The notes beneath the pieces were generated by a model. That model was given only the letters and a program-made list of their open reading frames with translations, was not told the DNA's origin and did not search any database. From Candidatus Woesearchaeota archaeon (GTDB taxonomy: Archaea; Nanobdellota; Nanobdellia; Pacearchaeales; GW2011-AR1), in the NCBI GenBank assembly GCA_964575515.1, contig CAZNQS010000006.1, positions 3,752 to 27,751 of the forward strand: a stretch of 24,000 nucleotides of DNA, written 5' to 3'. Within the stretch, counting starts at the first letter, position 1; every line of letters starts with the position of its first letter. The translations under genes were made by a program, and so were the position numbers. Shown here in pieces: positions 1-8,643 of the stretch.

Positions 1-1326
1 CAGATATTCAGAGAAGGAATCAACAATTACTTAAAAAAATATGCGTATAAGAATGCAAAAGCATCTGATTTGTGGAACTCTCTGGCGAAAATATCAAAAA
101 GCCCGATAAAGCAGATAATGGAATCTTGGATTACTCAAGCAGGCTATCCAATTATAGAATTAAAGCAAAAAGGAGCTAATCTAACGCTGACACAAAAGCG
201 CTTTAATTCAGAAAAAGATCAAATCTGGAAAATACCTCTTACAATAAAAACAAATAAAAAAATAATAAAAACCCTTTTGACGAAAAAAACTCAAATGATA
301 AAATTACAGGATGTAGAATGGTTCAAGCTCAACAGCAATCAGGAAGGTCTCTACAGGGTTAAATACACAAAAGAGCAGCTTGAAAAATTAAAGCCGCTAA
401 TCTCTGAAGATAAGCTCTCTCCATTTGATAAATGGGGAATACAAAATGATATTTTCAATTTGTCATTAATCAATGAGATATACATAACAGAATATCTTGA
501 CTTCATAAAGTCTTACAGCAGTGAATCAAATGCTTTTGTTCTGGAAGATATATATGCAAATATAAATAAAACACATAAGATATTTTATGAAGAAAAATCC
601 CTGCAGACTATCTGGCCAAAATTCAGGTCCTATATGCAAACCCCGTTCCAAAAAGCCCTTGAAAAATTGTCATGGAATCCAAACAAAAAAGAGCCGCACA
701 ATGCATCTCTTTTAAGGCCATTGGCAATAAGTTATTTAGCATTCGCAGAAAACGAAGTGATAATAAAAGAAGGCTTCAGGAAATTCCAGCAATTCCTGGA
801 AAGCCCTTATTCCCTGCATCCTGATATAAAAGGCTCGGTATTATCAATAATCGGAAGAAACGGAACTGAAAGAGAATATAATAAAATCCTTCAGGTCTAT
901 CTCAAAACAAATGATATAGAAGAAAAGATTAAGCTGCTTGCCTCTCTTTACAAATCAAAAAATCCAGCATTAATTAAAAAATCCCTTGATTTATCTCTGT
1001 CAAAAAATGTGAGACTGCAGGATATGAGAACAGTCTTCTCAATAATAAACTCAAATCCAGACGCCAGGCCAATACTGCTCAATTGGATAAGGCAAAACTG
1101 GAATAAGCTCGAGGAATTCAAAAAAGCAAATTTCGTCTTTATCAGCTTGTTGGAAGCGCTCATAACTTCCTACACTGGAAAAGAAAAAGAGAAAGAAATT
1201 AGGAAGTTTCTAAAAACAAAAGATATAGGATTTAAAAAAACAATAGCCAACTCATTTGAAATAATGCAGCTCAATACTAAATTCCTTGAAAGCAACAAAA
1301 AAGTCCTTGAAAATTACTTTAGCTGA
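1..1326 (+). CDS. M1-family zinc aminopeptidase, C-terminal part (5' end upstream of window)
   Basis: Frame 1 is open from nt 1. QIFREGINNYLKKYAYKNAKASDLWN precedes the ORF-track TTG at 70 and resembles the end of the M1 catalytic domain. The remainder is a long helical ERAP1-C-like domain, as in tricorn-interacting factors F2/F3. The HEXXH motif lies outside the window. Confidence 0.8.
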   Translation, partial: QIFREGINNYLKKYAYKNAKASDLWNSLAKISKSPIKQIMESWITQAGYPIIELKQKGANLTLTQKRFNSEKDQIWKIPLTIKTNKKIIKTLLTKKTQMIKLQDVEWFKLNSNQEGLYRVKYTKEQLEKLKPLISEDKLSPFDKWGIQNDIFNLSLINEIYITEYLDFIKSYSSESNAFVLEDIYANINKTHKIFYEEKSLQTIWPKFRSYMQTPFQKALEKLSWNPNKKEPHNASLLRPLAISYLAFAENEVIIKEGFRKFQQFLESPYSLHPDIKGSVLSIIGRNGTEREYNKILQVYLKTNDIEEKIKLLASLYKSKNPALIKKSLDLSLSKNVRLQDMRTVFSIINSNPDARPILLNWIRQNWNKLEEFKKANFVFISLLEALITSYTGKEKEKEIRKFLKTKDIGFKKTIANSFEIMQLNTKFLESNKKVLENYFS

Positions 1327-1364
1327 GCGCTTAAATATTTAAATAAAAAATGTATTAAAAATAC

Positions 1365-1802
1365 ATGAGTTATGAAATAAATCCTAAAGATTTTAATCCT
1401 CTATTTAATGTTGTGGGTTGTATAATAGAATCAGAAGGACAAATAGTTTTATTACAAAGGAAAAATTCTTCAATTCAAGGTAATAAATGGGGAATTCCAT
1501 CCGGAAAAGTAGAAGATAAAGAAGATTTATTATCAGCCATACAAAGAGAAATAGAAGAAGAAACACAGATTAAGATAAGCAAAGATCAAATAAAAAAAAT
1601 AAAAATTTATAGAGTTAGGCATATTCCTGGATATGATTTTATATATTATTTATTTTATACAAAAATACCTGAGAGACATAAAATAAAATTAGATAAAAAT
1701 GAGCATTTAAAGGCTGTATGGATTAATCCAAAAGATGTATTAAAATTACCTTTAGTTGAAGGGACAGAAAAATACATAAAAAAATTTTATAAATTAAGGT
1801 GA
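1365..1802 (+). CDS. NUDIX hydrolase
   Basis: ATG start. Near-canonical Nudix box G-x5-E-x7-R-E-I-x-E-E-x-Q-I in SGKVEDKEDLLSAIQREIEEETQI. The 145-aa size is typical of single-domain Nudix enzymes. Confidence 0.85.
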   Translation: MSYEINPKDFNPLFNVVGCIIESEGQIVLLQRKNSSIQGNKWGIPSGKVEDKEDLLSAIQREIEEETQIKISKDQIKKIKIYRVRHIPGYDFIYYLFYTKIPERHKIKLDKNEHLKAVWINPKDVLKLPLVEGTEKYIKKFYKLR

Positions 1803-1805
1803 AAT

Positions 1806-2555
1806 CTAAACCTTATTTTCTCTCTTTATGAATTTATAGATAAGAGAAATCGTATTTTCTAGGTTTTCATGAGAATGTTCAATCCAATTTATATTTGGAA
1901 CATCTAAGAATTTTCTTAAAGTTGAATACATTGCCTCCAGCATACCGACTATGATTTTATCTTTTGCTGCTTTCTCATCTATTTTTCCTTCTAATAGTTC
2001 AAGAACAGGTAAAATAATGACTCCCTTCCTCATAGGATAAGAATATCTATAACTTTTATCTAAGGCCCTCTCTACTTCGGATGTTAATCCTTCTTCAAAT
2101 AATTGATCTATTCTTTTTTCTATTTTTGTATGCACATTATAATTGCGAGGAAATCTTAAACCGACAAATGGACCGTATAGAGGTTCTTTAGAGAGTTTAT
2201 TTAGATCCATTAAAGCCTTCGTATATCCATAAGAACAGCCTTCTATAATAGGAAGTCTGTTTCTTGCCAAAATCTTTGGAATTAAAGGATTAACGAGCAA
2301 TAAGTAATCAACTAAAGATAGACTTTCTGCAGCAGGTTTTAATATTTGATATAGATGATGGGGAATTTTATTATAATAAAAAGAATCAGAGAGGCCTGTT
2401 GAAAGTTTAAGATCAGAAAATAAATAAAATTTATCTCCATTTATTACTTCTCCATCTAATCTTTGTGCCAATTCAAAAGCCACTTCCGTCTTTCCAGTTG
2501 TAGTAGGACCCAGAATAACAAGTGCCTTTTTATAATTAGACTTTTTTCTTACCAT
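1806..2555 (-). CDS. Isopentenyltransferase (MiaA/IPT family) core without the tRNA-clamping insertion domain
   Basis: ATG start. P-loop ILGPTTTGKT, then GEVINGDKFY, IPHHLY, LPIIEGCSYGY..AL and a C-terminal helical core (IEKRIDQLFEEGLTSEVERAL ... NINWIE), which follow the MiaA motif order. Only about 12 residues sit where MiaA carries its insertion domain. Confidence 0.6.
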   Translation of the reverse strand: MVRKKSNYKKALVILGPTTTGKTEVAFELAQRLDGEVINGDKFYLFSDLKLSTGLSDSFYYNKIPHHLYQILKPAAESLSLVDYLLLVNPLIPKILARNRLPIIEGCSYGYTKALMDLNKLSKEPLYGPFVGLRFPRNYNVHTKIEKRIDQLFEEGLTSEVERALDKSYRYSYPMRKGVIILPVLELLEGKIDEKAAKDKIIVGMLEAMYSTLRKFLDVPNINWIEHSHENLENTISLIYKFIKRENKV

Positions 2556-2637
2556 GAAAAATCATCTAGAATAAATACTAATAAATATTATGGCGATTAA
2601 ATAAGTTCTTTTTATTTGTAGAATCTATTTCTATAAA

Positions 2638-2709
2638 TGGGTCTAGGAGGAATCGAACCCCCGTCAATCGGTCCGAAGCCGATTATTCTGTCCACTGAAC
2701 TATAGACCC
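2638..2709 (-). tRNA. tRNA-Arg (anticodon UCG), no encoded CCA
   Basis: The reverse complement folds as a cloverleaf. Acceptor GGGUCUA/UAGACCC, D arm GUUC..., anticodon stem AUCGG/CCGAU with loop CU-UCG-GA, T arm GGGGG-UUCGAUU-CCUCC, discriminator A. Confidence 0.9.
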
Positions 2710-2769
2710 AAAATACCTAAATGCTTAGCTTTTTTAACCTTATTGACTATAATAAAATAAATAAAAAAG

Positions 2770-3894
2770 ATGGCGAAAACACTTCACGCAATTACAACTT
2801 TAATTGGCACGATAATAGGCGCAGGAATCTTCGGAATTCCTTATGTCGTGATGAGATCCGGATTCCCAGTAGGCTTAATTCATATTGTAATAATTGGCAT
2901 TCTAATGATAATAACCATGCTTTATTTAGGAGAAATAGCGCTAAGAACAAAACAAAATCATCATCTTACAGGCTATGCGGAAAAATATTTGGGAAAAAAA
3001 GGAAAAATTATAATGCTCTTATCTCTCATATTCGGAATCTATGCGGCAATTCTCGCATATCTCATAGGCATTGGAGAATCTCTAAGTTATCTATTTTTCA
3101 ACAGCGCAAATTATTCGCTTCATTTAGGCATAGGCTTCTGGGTATTAATGTCGTTATTAAGCCTTCTTGGCTTAAAAGCTCTTGAGCAAGGCGAATTCAT
3201 AGGCGTTGCTACAATAATTATTTTAGTAATCTCAATGGCAGTTTTTTTTATGAACAGAATAGAGCCCTCAAACCTAACGCAATATCCCATAGAGAATCCA
3301 ATGGATTACCTTGCCCCATTCGGCGTTATTTTATTCGCCTTTCTCGGCTACACAACAATTCCAGAAGTAAAAAGAATATTGGGGAATAAAAAAAGCGAAA
3401 TGAAAAAATCTATTATATTGGCAAACATCCTATCAGGAATCGTCTATATTATATTCGCAGTAATGGTCCTAGGCATAAAAGGGAAAGACACTCCTCAAAT
3501 CGCGACAATTGCCTTGGGCAGACCATTCATACTTCTAGGCATATTAACAATGTCAACATCATATCTCGCATTATCAATAGCCCTCATTGACAGCCTGCAA
3601 TTTGATTTTGCTCAAAGAAAGTCCAAGGCATGGCTTTACACAATCCTAATCCCGCTAATATCTTTTATCATCCTAACGCTCAGCCAGTCTGCAAATTTCA
3701 CGAAAGTTCTCGGTATCGGAGGAGTCATCACAGGAGGTTTAACAGCAATACTAATACTTTTCATGGCTGAAAAAGCAAAATATCTCGGCGACAGAATCCC
3801 TGAATATTCCATACCCATATCAAAAATGCTCACATGGCTTCTAATCTTAATATTTGCTTTGGGAACAATCGCAGAAATAATTAATGCGCTCTAA
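2770..3894 (+). CDS. Amino acid permease (APC superfamily, Aa_trans/Trp_Tyr_perm-like)
   Basis: ATG start. N-terminal TLIGTIIGAGIFGIPYVV motif and about 11 hydrophobic segments across 374 aa. The overlapping ORF 2721..3185 is a frame shadow. Confidence 0.75.
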   Translation: MAKTLHAITTLIGTIIGAGIFGIPYVVMRSGFPVGLIHIVIIGILMIITMLYLGEIALRTKQNHHLTGYAEKYLGKKGKIIMLLSLIFGIYAAILAYLIGIGESLSYLFFNSANYSLHLGIGFWVLMSLLSLLGLKALEQGEFIGVATIIILVISMAVFFMNRIEPSNLTQYPIENPMDYLAPFGVILFAFLGYTTIPEVKRILGNKKSEMKKSIILANILSGIVYIIFAVMVLGIKGKDTPQIATIALGRPFILLGILTMSTSYLALSIALIDSLQFDFAQRKSKAWLYTILIPLISFIILTLSQSANFTKVLGIGGVITGGLTAILILFMAEKAKYLGDRIPEYSIPISKMLTWLLILIFALGTIAEIINAL

Positions 3895-4145
3895 CGTTTC
3901 TTTATTTTCCACGCAGCCCCTAAAATAATAATTACAACGCTTATTATCGCAGAAAATAAAACCGAGAGAAAAATCACTCCTTCGTCTCCATAAAGCCCGG
4001 GCGGAGAGCTGAATATAGCGTCTCCTAAATCCCCATGAATGCCCACTTGAACAGAAAGAAAAATAAATTTAAGCAGAAAATACAAAGAAAAAAACAATGC
4101 AGCAAGAATAAAAACTACAATAGACAAAATAAATATTGCGTTCAT
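3891..4145 (-). CDS. Small membrane protein, unknown function
   Basis: 84 aa with two clear hydrophobic helices and a basic C-terminus. Its ATG overlaps the stop of the upstream ORF (ATGA at 4142-4145), suggesting co-translation. Confidence 0.4.
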   Translation of the reverse strand: MNAIFILSIVVFILAALFFSLYFLLKFIFLSVQVGIHGDLGDAIFSSPPGLYGDEGVIFLSVLFSAIISVVIIILGAAWKIKKR

Positions 4146-4459
4146 TTTACCAAACCTCTGATTTCCTTAATTAGACCATTCCTAATGGCAGAAATAAAAG
4201 TCGGTTCATATTCTTCTGATAAAGCCCTATGCATCAAACCCTTAGTTATAACTCTAATTATCTCTTCATCGTCTCCTTCCTTTATAATCTCTAAAATTTT
4301 ATCCCAATACTTAGCTTCAATAAACATCCCGTGCCTGTAACCGTCTCCAATCTCAACAATAATTCCATTATCGGAATTATAATATCTTATGGCATATCTC
4401 CCAAAAGTATCTTTTGATACTTCACCTTCTTCTAAATCAAATTCAAATAAATAGTTCAT
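4142..4459 (-). CDS. Hypothetical acidic cytoplasmic protein
   Basis: 105-aa ORF with ATG start, same strand as gatB and 74 nt downstream of it, 4-nt overlap with the next ORF. No recognisable motif. Confidence 0.45.
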   Translation of the reverse strand: MNYLFEFDLEEGEVSKDTFGRYAIRYYNSDNGIIVEIGDGYRHGMFIEAKYWDKILEIIKEGDDEEIIRVITKGLMHRALSEEYEPTFISAIRNGLIKEIRGLVK

Positions 4460-4533
4460 AATTATAGTCGTATATTACCATATAAATAATTTATTATTCA
4501 TTGTAAATTTCCCGCATTAACTAAATTATTTTC

Positions 4534-5970
4534 TCACTCAAGCATCTCCCTCAATATCTCGCCTGCAATCTTGAAATCAGCCCTCCTGCTTGTCTTTTTC
4601 ATAATCTCTCCCATTAAATAATTAAATGCTCTCTCTCCCCCAGCCCTATAATCCTCGACAGCTTTTTTATTTTTATTTATGACATCCTTGACAACCTTTT
4701 CTAATTCGCCCCTATCTGAAATTCTCTCCTCTTTTTTCCCAAGTTCTCTAATAGAAAAACTCTTTGGATAAAATTGATTTAAAATCTGCTTTCCCTTTAA
4801 AACGCTTATCTTACCACTTTTTACACTATTCAACAATTCAACAAAATGCTCAACTTTCAAATCAACTCTGCTCAAACTAGTTTTATTATAATTCAAAAAT
4901 CTCAATAATTCAACTGTAATCCATGGCAACGCAAACTTGGCGTCAATTCCTCTCTCAACAACTTTTTCAAAAAATTCAGCTATGTCAATATGCTTTGTCA
5001 AAACCTCCGCATCACTCTTTCCTATCTTATATTTTCTGATAATCTTCTCTAACTTATTTTCAGGTGATTCAGGCAAACTCTCCTTCAATTTTTCAATAAT
5101 TAAAGAATCTAAAACAATATCCTGCAAATCAGGATCTGTGATAAACCTATAATCCTCCTGCTCTTCTTTTCCCCTCATCCTGAAACTCTTTCCCTTCTCT
5201 GCATCAAATCTCCTTGTTTCCCGCTCACTACCCTCTCTAATCTGCCTCTCTAACTCATAATCTATTGCCCTCATTATACTATCAACAGAATTCAAATTTT
5301 TAATCTCAACTCTTTCTGTTTTTCCAGGTAAACCTGAAATTTTCTCTTGTCTCCTTGAAATTTCAGGGCTGGAGAATTTCACATTCTCCAGATTCACGTT
5401 AACATCAACCTTTATTCCAGCATTGCTATCAATACTCCTCAAATAAGCAAGATTATGCAACAAACTCTTAATCCAGTCTGTAACCTCTTCAGACGTCTCA
5501 AAATCAGGCTCTGTAATAATCTCAACTAATGGTAATCCAGACCTATTGTAATCAACACATCCTGTATCTGGCTCCCATGCAGCAGGGTCCTCCTCTAAGT
5601 GTATGCTTCTTATTCTAATCCCATAAAATTTCCCATCCTCTCCAACAGGAACAGCATAAGCCCCAGAAATAGTATTTTGATAGCCCTTGGGCAAATCAGG
5701 CCAATCGTAATGCTTTCTCTGCCATCTCATCTCTTTATTAATCTTGCATCCGAACATTAAACCAATCCTAATTGCTTGCTTAACAGCCTCCTCGTTAGGC
5801 AGCATCGGCTTTGCCCCTGGCTGTCCTGTGCACGTTGGGCAAATATTAATATTCGGCTTTAATCCTCTTTCTCTTGAAGCAATGCATCTACAAAACAATT
5901 TCTCTTTTGTAATAATATAAACATGAATCTCCAATCCTATCATGCCCCTAAGCTCTTGAATTTGTTTCAT
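4534..5970 (-). CDS. gatB: Aspartyl/glutamyl-tRNA(Asn/Gln) amidotransferase subunit B
   Basis: N-terminal IGLEIHVYI ... CPTCTGQPGAKPMLPNEEAV cradle-domain motifs and C-terminal YqeY-like tail (AFNYLMGEIMKKTSRRAD). The 478-aa length fits GatB rather than GatE. Confidence 0.9.
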   Translation of the reverse strand: MKQIQELRGMIGLEIHVYIITKEKLFCRCIASRERGLKPNINICPTCTGQPGAKPMLPNEEAVKQAIRIGLMFGCKINKEMRWQRKHYDWPDLPKGYQNTISGAYAVPVGEDGKFYGIRIRSIHLEEDPAAWEPDTGCVDYNRSGLPLVEIITEPDFETSEEVTDWIKSLLHNLAYLRSIDSNAGIKVDVNVNLENVKFSSPEISRRQEKISGLPGKTERVEIKNLNSVDSIMRAIDYELERQIREGSERETRRFDAEKGKSFRMRGKEEQEDYRFITDPDLQDIVLDSLIIEKLKESLPESPENKLEKIIRKYKIGKSDAEVLTKHIDIAEFFEKVVERGIDAKFALPWITVELLRFLNYNKTSLSRVDLKVEHFVELLNSVKSGKISVLKGKQILNQFYPKSFSIRELGKKEERISDRGELEKVVKDVINKNKKAVEDYRAGGERAFNYLMGEIMKKTSRRADFKIAGEILREMLE

Positions 5971-6032
5971 TATATTCCAAAAGAAACAGCTTATAAAAAT
6001 ATTTCCTATATAAATTAAAAATCTTCAATTTC

Positions 6033-6329
6033 CTATCGAGAGACTAAACCGTCTAAATAACTTTCATTTTCCTTAAGTATTCTAAAATCATTTGCCGAAA
6101 AATGATGAATATGTCTTTCTTTTGTCGCAAGCCCCCCTTTAAATTTACGATAGCCCATCCTACACTCTCTGCACTCTTTCAAATGCCGATGAGTTTTCAA
6201 AAGAGTTTCTTTAGTTTCAGTTTCCATCTCACAATACTCACATTTAGAAAGCTTAATTAAATAATCCATCATATTTATAGCCCTATTATGATCACAAGCC
6301 TCAAAACTTAACCATTCGTCCTGTTTCAT
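6033..6329 (-). CDS. Small C-x36-H-x3-C-x2-C protein, paralog 1 (ZAS/zf-HC2-like ligand pattern)
   Basis: 98 aa, ATG start. C12, H49, C53 and C56 plus the C-terminal FRILKENESYLDGLV tail are shared with ORFs 8644..8940 and 8999..9271. An A/T-rich TTTTTTATAT box lies about 25 nt upstream of the ATG. Confidence 0.6.
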   Translation of the reverse strand: MKQDEWLSFEACDHNRAINMMDYLIKLSKCEYCEMETETKETLLKTHRHLKECRECRMGYRKFKGGLATKERHIHHFSANDFRILKENESYLDGLVSR

Positions 6330-6363
6330 AATAAATTAAAACTAATGAGATATAAAAAAGTTG

Positions 6364-7023
6364 CTAAATTTTCATTTTTGCCTTGTCCCTAACTTGTTTC
6401 TTGAATAACTTCCAGATATTATCGGATATATTTTTAGGAACTACGATAAGTTTGCGATTGATGAGTTTCTCAAGTTTTTCTCCTAAACCCATAATGGCAG
6501 ACTCATTGCCAAATTTGATCTGTTCTTTTGATTCTTCTAGAATAACATTCCAGTCAATTTTACTTCTATTGATAATTGCAACTATATCTTCTAAATCCTT
6601 TTCTCTAGAAGTAACACTTTTCATGATAAGAATATCGTTCGGGTCCGCAACTCTTATGATAAGATTACCAAATTCATGTGTTTGTTTCGCTCGTTCTTTC
6701 ATTGCGTTAGAAAAAGTAGAAGTAATTACTTTGTTCATATACATATCAAAACGGAAATTATCAAATTCGAGCATTAAAGGAGTATTATTCTTCAAACCTT
6801 GCACTAAAATTACATCAGATTCCTTAGCACCTAACTTTCTTAGTGCATCCATAAACTCCTCTCTATCACCTTTTTTGTCAAAAACAAAATCGATGTCTAA
6901 AGTTGAATTTTTGATGCCTCTTAACATCATGGCAGTTCCGCCTATAGCATAAACCTGTATCCTCTTAGGAAGTATCTTTCCTATTGCTATCAATATTGCT
7001 TCTTGTTGTTGTATGTCAATCAT
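6364..7023 (-). CDS. Pol-beta-fold nucleotidyltransferase, AbiEii/DUF6036-like
   Basis: IGGTAMMLRGIKNSTLDIDFVF fits the hG[GS]-x9-13-D-x-D NTase motif in the GGTA...DIDF form seen in AbiEii-type proteins. The later ADPNDILIMKSVTSREKDLEDI resembles the R-x-KD-x-x-D helix of that group. ATGA overlap with the upstream wHTH gene. Confidence 0.6.
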   Translation of the reverse strand: MIDIQQQEAILIAIGKILPKRIQVYAIGGTAMMLRGIKNSTLDIDFVFDKKGDREEFMDALRKLGAKESDVILVQGLKNNTPLMLEFDNFRFDMYMNKVITSTFSNAMKERAKQTHEFGNLIIRVADPNDILIMKSVTSREKDLEDIVAIINRSKIDWNVILEESKEQIKFGNESAIMGLGEKLEKLINRKLIVVPKNISDNIWKLFKKQVRDKAKMKI

Positions 7024-7670
7024 CTGGTATATTCCTCCAAATCAGCACGGTTTAATGGGATATAAATTTTCCATCTTTTTTCAATATCTTTAAAATCATC
7101 TGAAGAAAGACCTCTTATGATATAAATAAAAGGATTAGCCTTTCTTTTTTGTGCCTGATGTAAAAATCTCTTTGGCATTCTCCTTACTTTTCTTACAACT
7201 CTTCTTGCAATCTCATAAAGAGCCACAATCTCCTTTATCAAATCTTCCTTTTTAGCCAACTTATACAATAAACTCCAATCAGATATCTTCCTAAATAAAG
7301 CTAAGGAAGCAATAATGCAACGAACATCCCTTTGTTTTATGGCATAAATAAGCGCCTCCTCATAAGAAAGAACTCTGCCATGTACATAATAGGGGTTAGA
7401 AGGCGCAACTTGAATCCCATGACTTGGGGAAGCCTCATTTATTTTTTCAGTATAGCTTACTCCTTTTTGTTTATTTTTCAGAGATATATTATATAACCTT
7501 TTCTTTCCCGCTCCATAATTGGTCTTTACAAAACCCAGTTTTCTTAATCTGTGAATAACATAAACTGCCTTAGACATATTTATCTTTAGTCTATCTGCGA
7601 AAGTTTCTAAAGTATAGACACCTTGTAGCGACTCCCCCAATCTCTCGTACTTGTTACTTCCCTTTATCAT
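7020..7670 (-). CDS. wHTH regulator, AbiEi-like (putative antitoxin/transcription factor)
   Basis: N-terminal winged-helix-like segment (TLETFADRLKINMSKAVYVIHRLRKLGFVKT) followed by a roughly 130-aa second domain. 4-nt overlap with the downstream NTase, the AbiEi-AbiEii gene order. Confidence 0.5.
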   Translation of the reverse strand: MIKGSNKYERLGESLQGVYTLETFADRLKINMSKAVYVIHRLRKLGFVKTNYGAGKKRLYNISLKNKQKGVSYTEKINEASPSHGIQVAPSNPYYVHGRVLSYEEALIYAIKQRDVRCIIASLALFRKISDWSLLYKLAKKEDLIKEIVALYEIARRVVRKVRRMPKRFLHQAQKRKANPFIYIIRGLSSDDFKDIEKRWKIYIPLNRADLEEYTR

Positions 7671-7749
7671 TATTAAATATATAATAAGTGATATATAAAC
7701 TTTACCATTATTATTTTTATTATTAAATGTATAATTATTAATATATAAA
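7669..7749 (-). promoter_or_regulatory. Two 31-nt imperfect direct repeats (27/31 identical) exactly 50 bp apart at the start of the AbiEi-like gene
   Basis: 7669-7699 ATTATTAAATATATAATAAGTGATATATAAA versus 7719-7749 ATTATTAAATGTATAATTATTAATATATAAA. The first copy overlaps the ATG (7668-7670). Confidence 0.35.
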
Positions 7750-7826
7750 TAAAATTAAAAATACATCAATTAGAAATAATTTTTAAATTAAAATTAAAGA
7801 ACTATAAAAAACTTGTTAAATTCCAA

Positions 7827-8579
7827 TTATGGCCAATTAGCAGTACAAACAGTTAGACCACCACTAATGGTATTAGATAGACCATTACCAACCAAATCAA
7901 CCTTCGAATCCTCAAACAAAATAGTATTAAAAGTTGAACCAATTTCTGCATAGCCTCTGTTTCTCCATCCGCTATCAGTCCCTAATCTAGCATACCTTAC
8001 TCTAACCTCTATATTTCCACTATTAACCCTTGCTTCATGGATCCCCTCATCCACAGTTCCTGCATGTGTTCTACAACTTATAATTGCTCCGTCAGGAACC
8101 CATTTATACCCAACCCAAGCCGCCCCCTTAAGCCCTGTACTTGTTCTTATATCCCCATTTACATCCAATCTTGCCTGAGGAGAAGATGTTCCAACCCCGA
8201 CATTTCCGCCACTTTGCGTAATTCCAGGAACCCATCCACTAACGCCATCGTATGCTGTCCAAGAACCATCAGCATTAGGATTTAGAGCAAATGCTCTTTC
8301 ACCATCTGAACGCATAATCGCTAGTCCTGTAGCTGTATTAGGACGAATTGTAAACTTAGAACCAACAATACCTCCCTCTGTAGGGTCATTTGTTCCAATA
8401 CCCACGCTTCCCTCGACACCTAATCTAGGCAACATCTGATTCCAATCAATCTGATCAATACCATGAAAAACAGATGTATCAACAGCAGCTGCTTTAACAT
8501 AAAAAACAATTCCAAATAATAAAACAACCCCAAGCAAAACAAAAAAATGCCTCTTTTCTATATTAATCTTAATTTCCAT
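7827..8579 (-). CDS. Membrane-anchored/secreted glycine-rich protein with tail-fibre-like GxVGIGT motifs
   Basis: ATG start preceded by a GAGG SD-like element. N-terminal TM/signal anchor (FFVLLGVVLLFGIVFYV). Two copies of the G-[SN]-V-G-[IV]-G-T-x-x-P motif, the second followed by ARLDVNGDIRT. Confidence 0.6.
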   Translation of the reverse strand: MEIKINIEKRHFFVLLGVVLLFGIVFYVKAAAVDTSVFHGIDQIDWNQMLPRLGVEGSVGIGTNDPTEGGIVGSKFTIRPNTATGLAIMRSDGERAFALNPNADGSWTAYDGVSGWVPGITQSGGNVGVGTSSPQARLDVNGDIRTSTGLKGAAWVGYKWVPDGAIISCRTHAGTVDEGIHEARVNSGNIEVRVRYARLGTDSGWRNRGYAEIGSTFNTILFEDSKVDLVGNGLSNTISGGLTVCTANWP

Positions 8580-8643
8580 ATAACCTCTTCTCTACAATTA
8601 TTAAAATAATAATCAAAACTATTTAAACATTACTTTTAACTTT

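Noticed and set aside
2721-3185. 154-aa plus-strand ORF overlapping the 5' part of the permease gene in another frame.
   Set aside because: The translation is Arg/Asn/Ser-rich and has no motif. The permease frame gives coherent TM helices and a proper ATG at 2770.
6383-6952. 189-aa plus-strand ORF antisense to the nucleotidyltransferase gene. The same situation applies to 948-1163, 3636-3833, 4035-4340, 4937-5152, 8037-8285, 10450-10647, 11717-11944, 12624-12887, 13081-13461, 15162-15386, 17902-18397, 19520-19777 and 20087-20377.
   Set aside because: Each lies entirely within a longer ORF on the opposite strand that has clear family motifs. The translations are low-complexity (Ser/Leu/Phe/Ile-rich) with no motifs, which is typical of shadow ORFs in AT-rich DNA.
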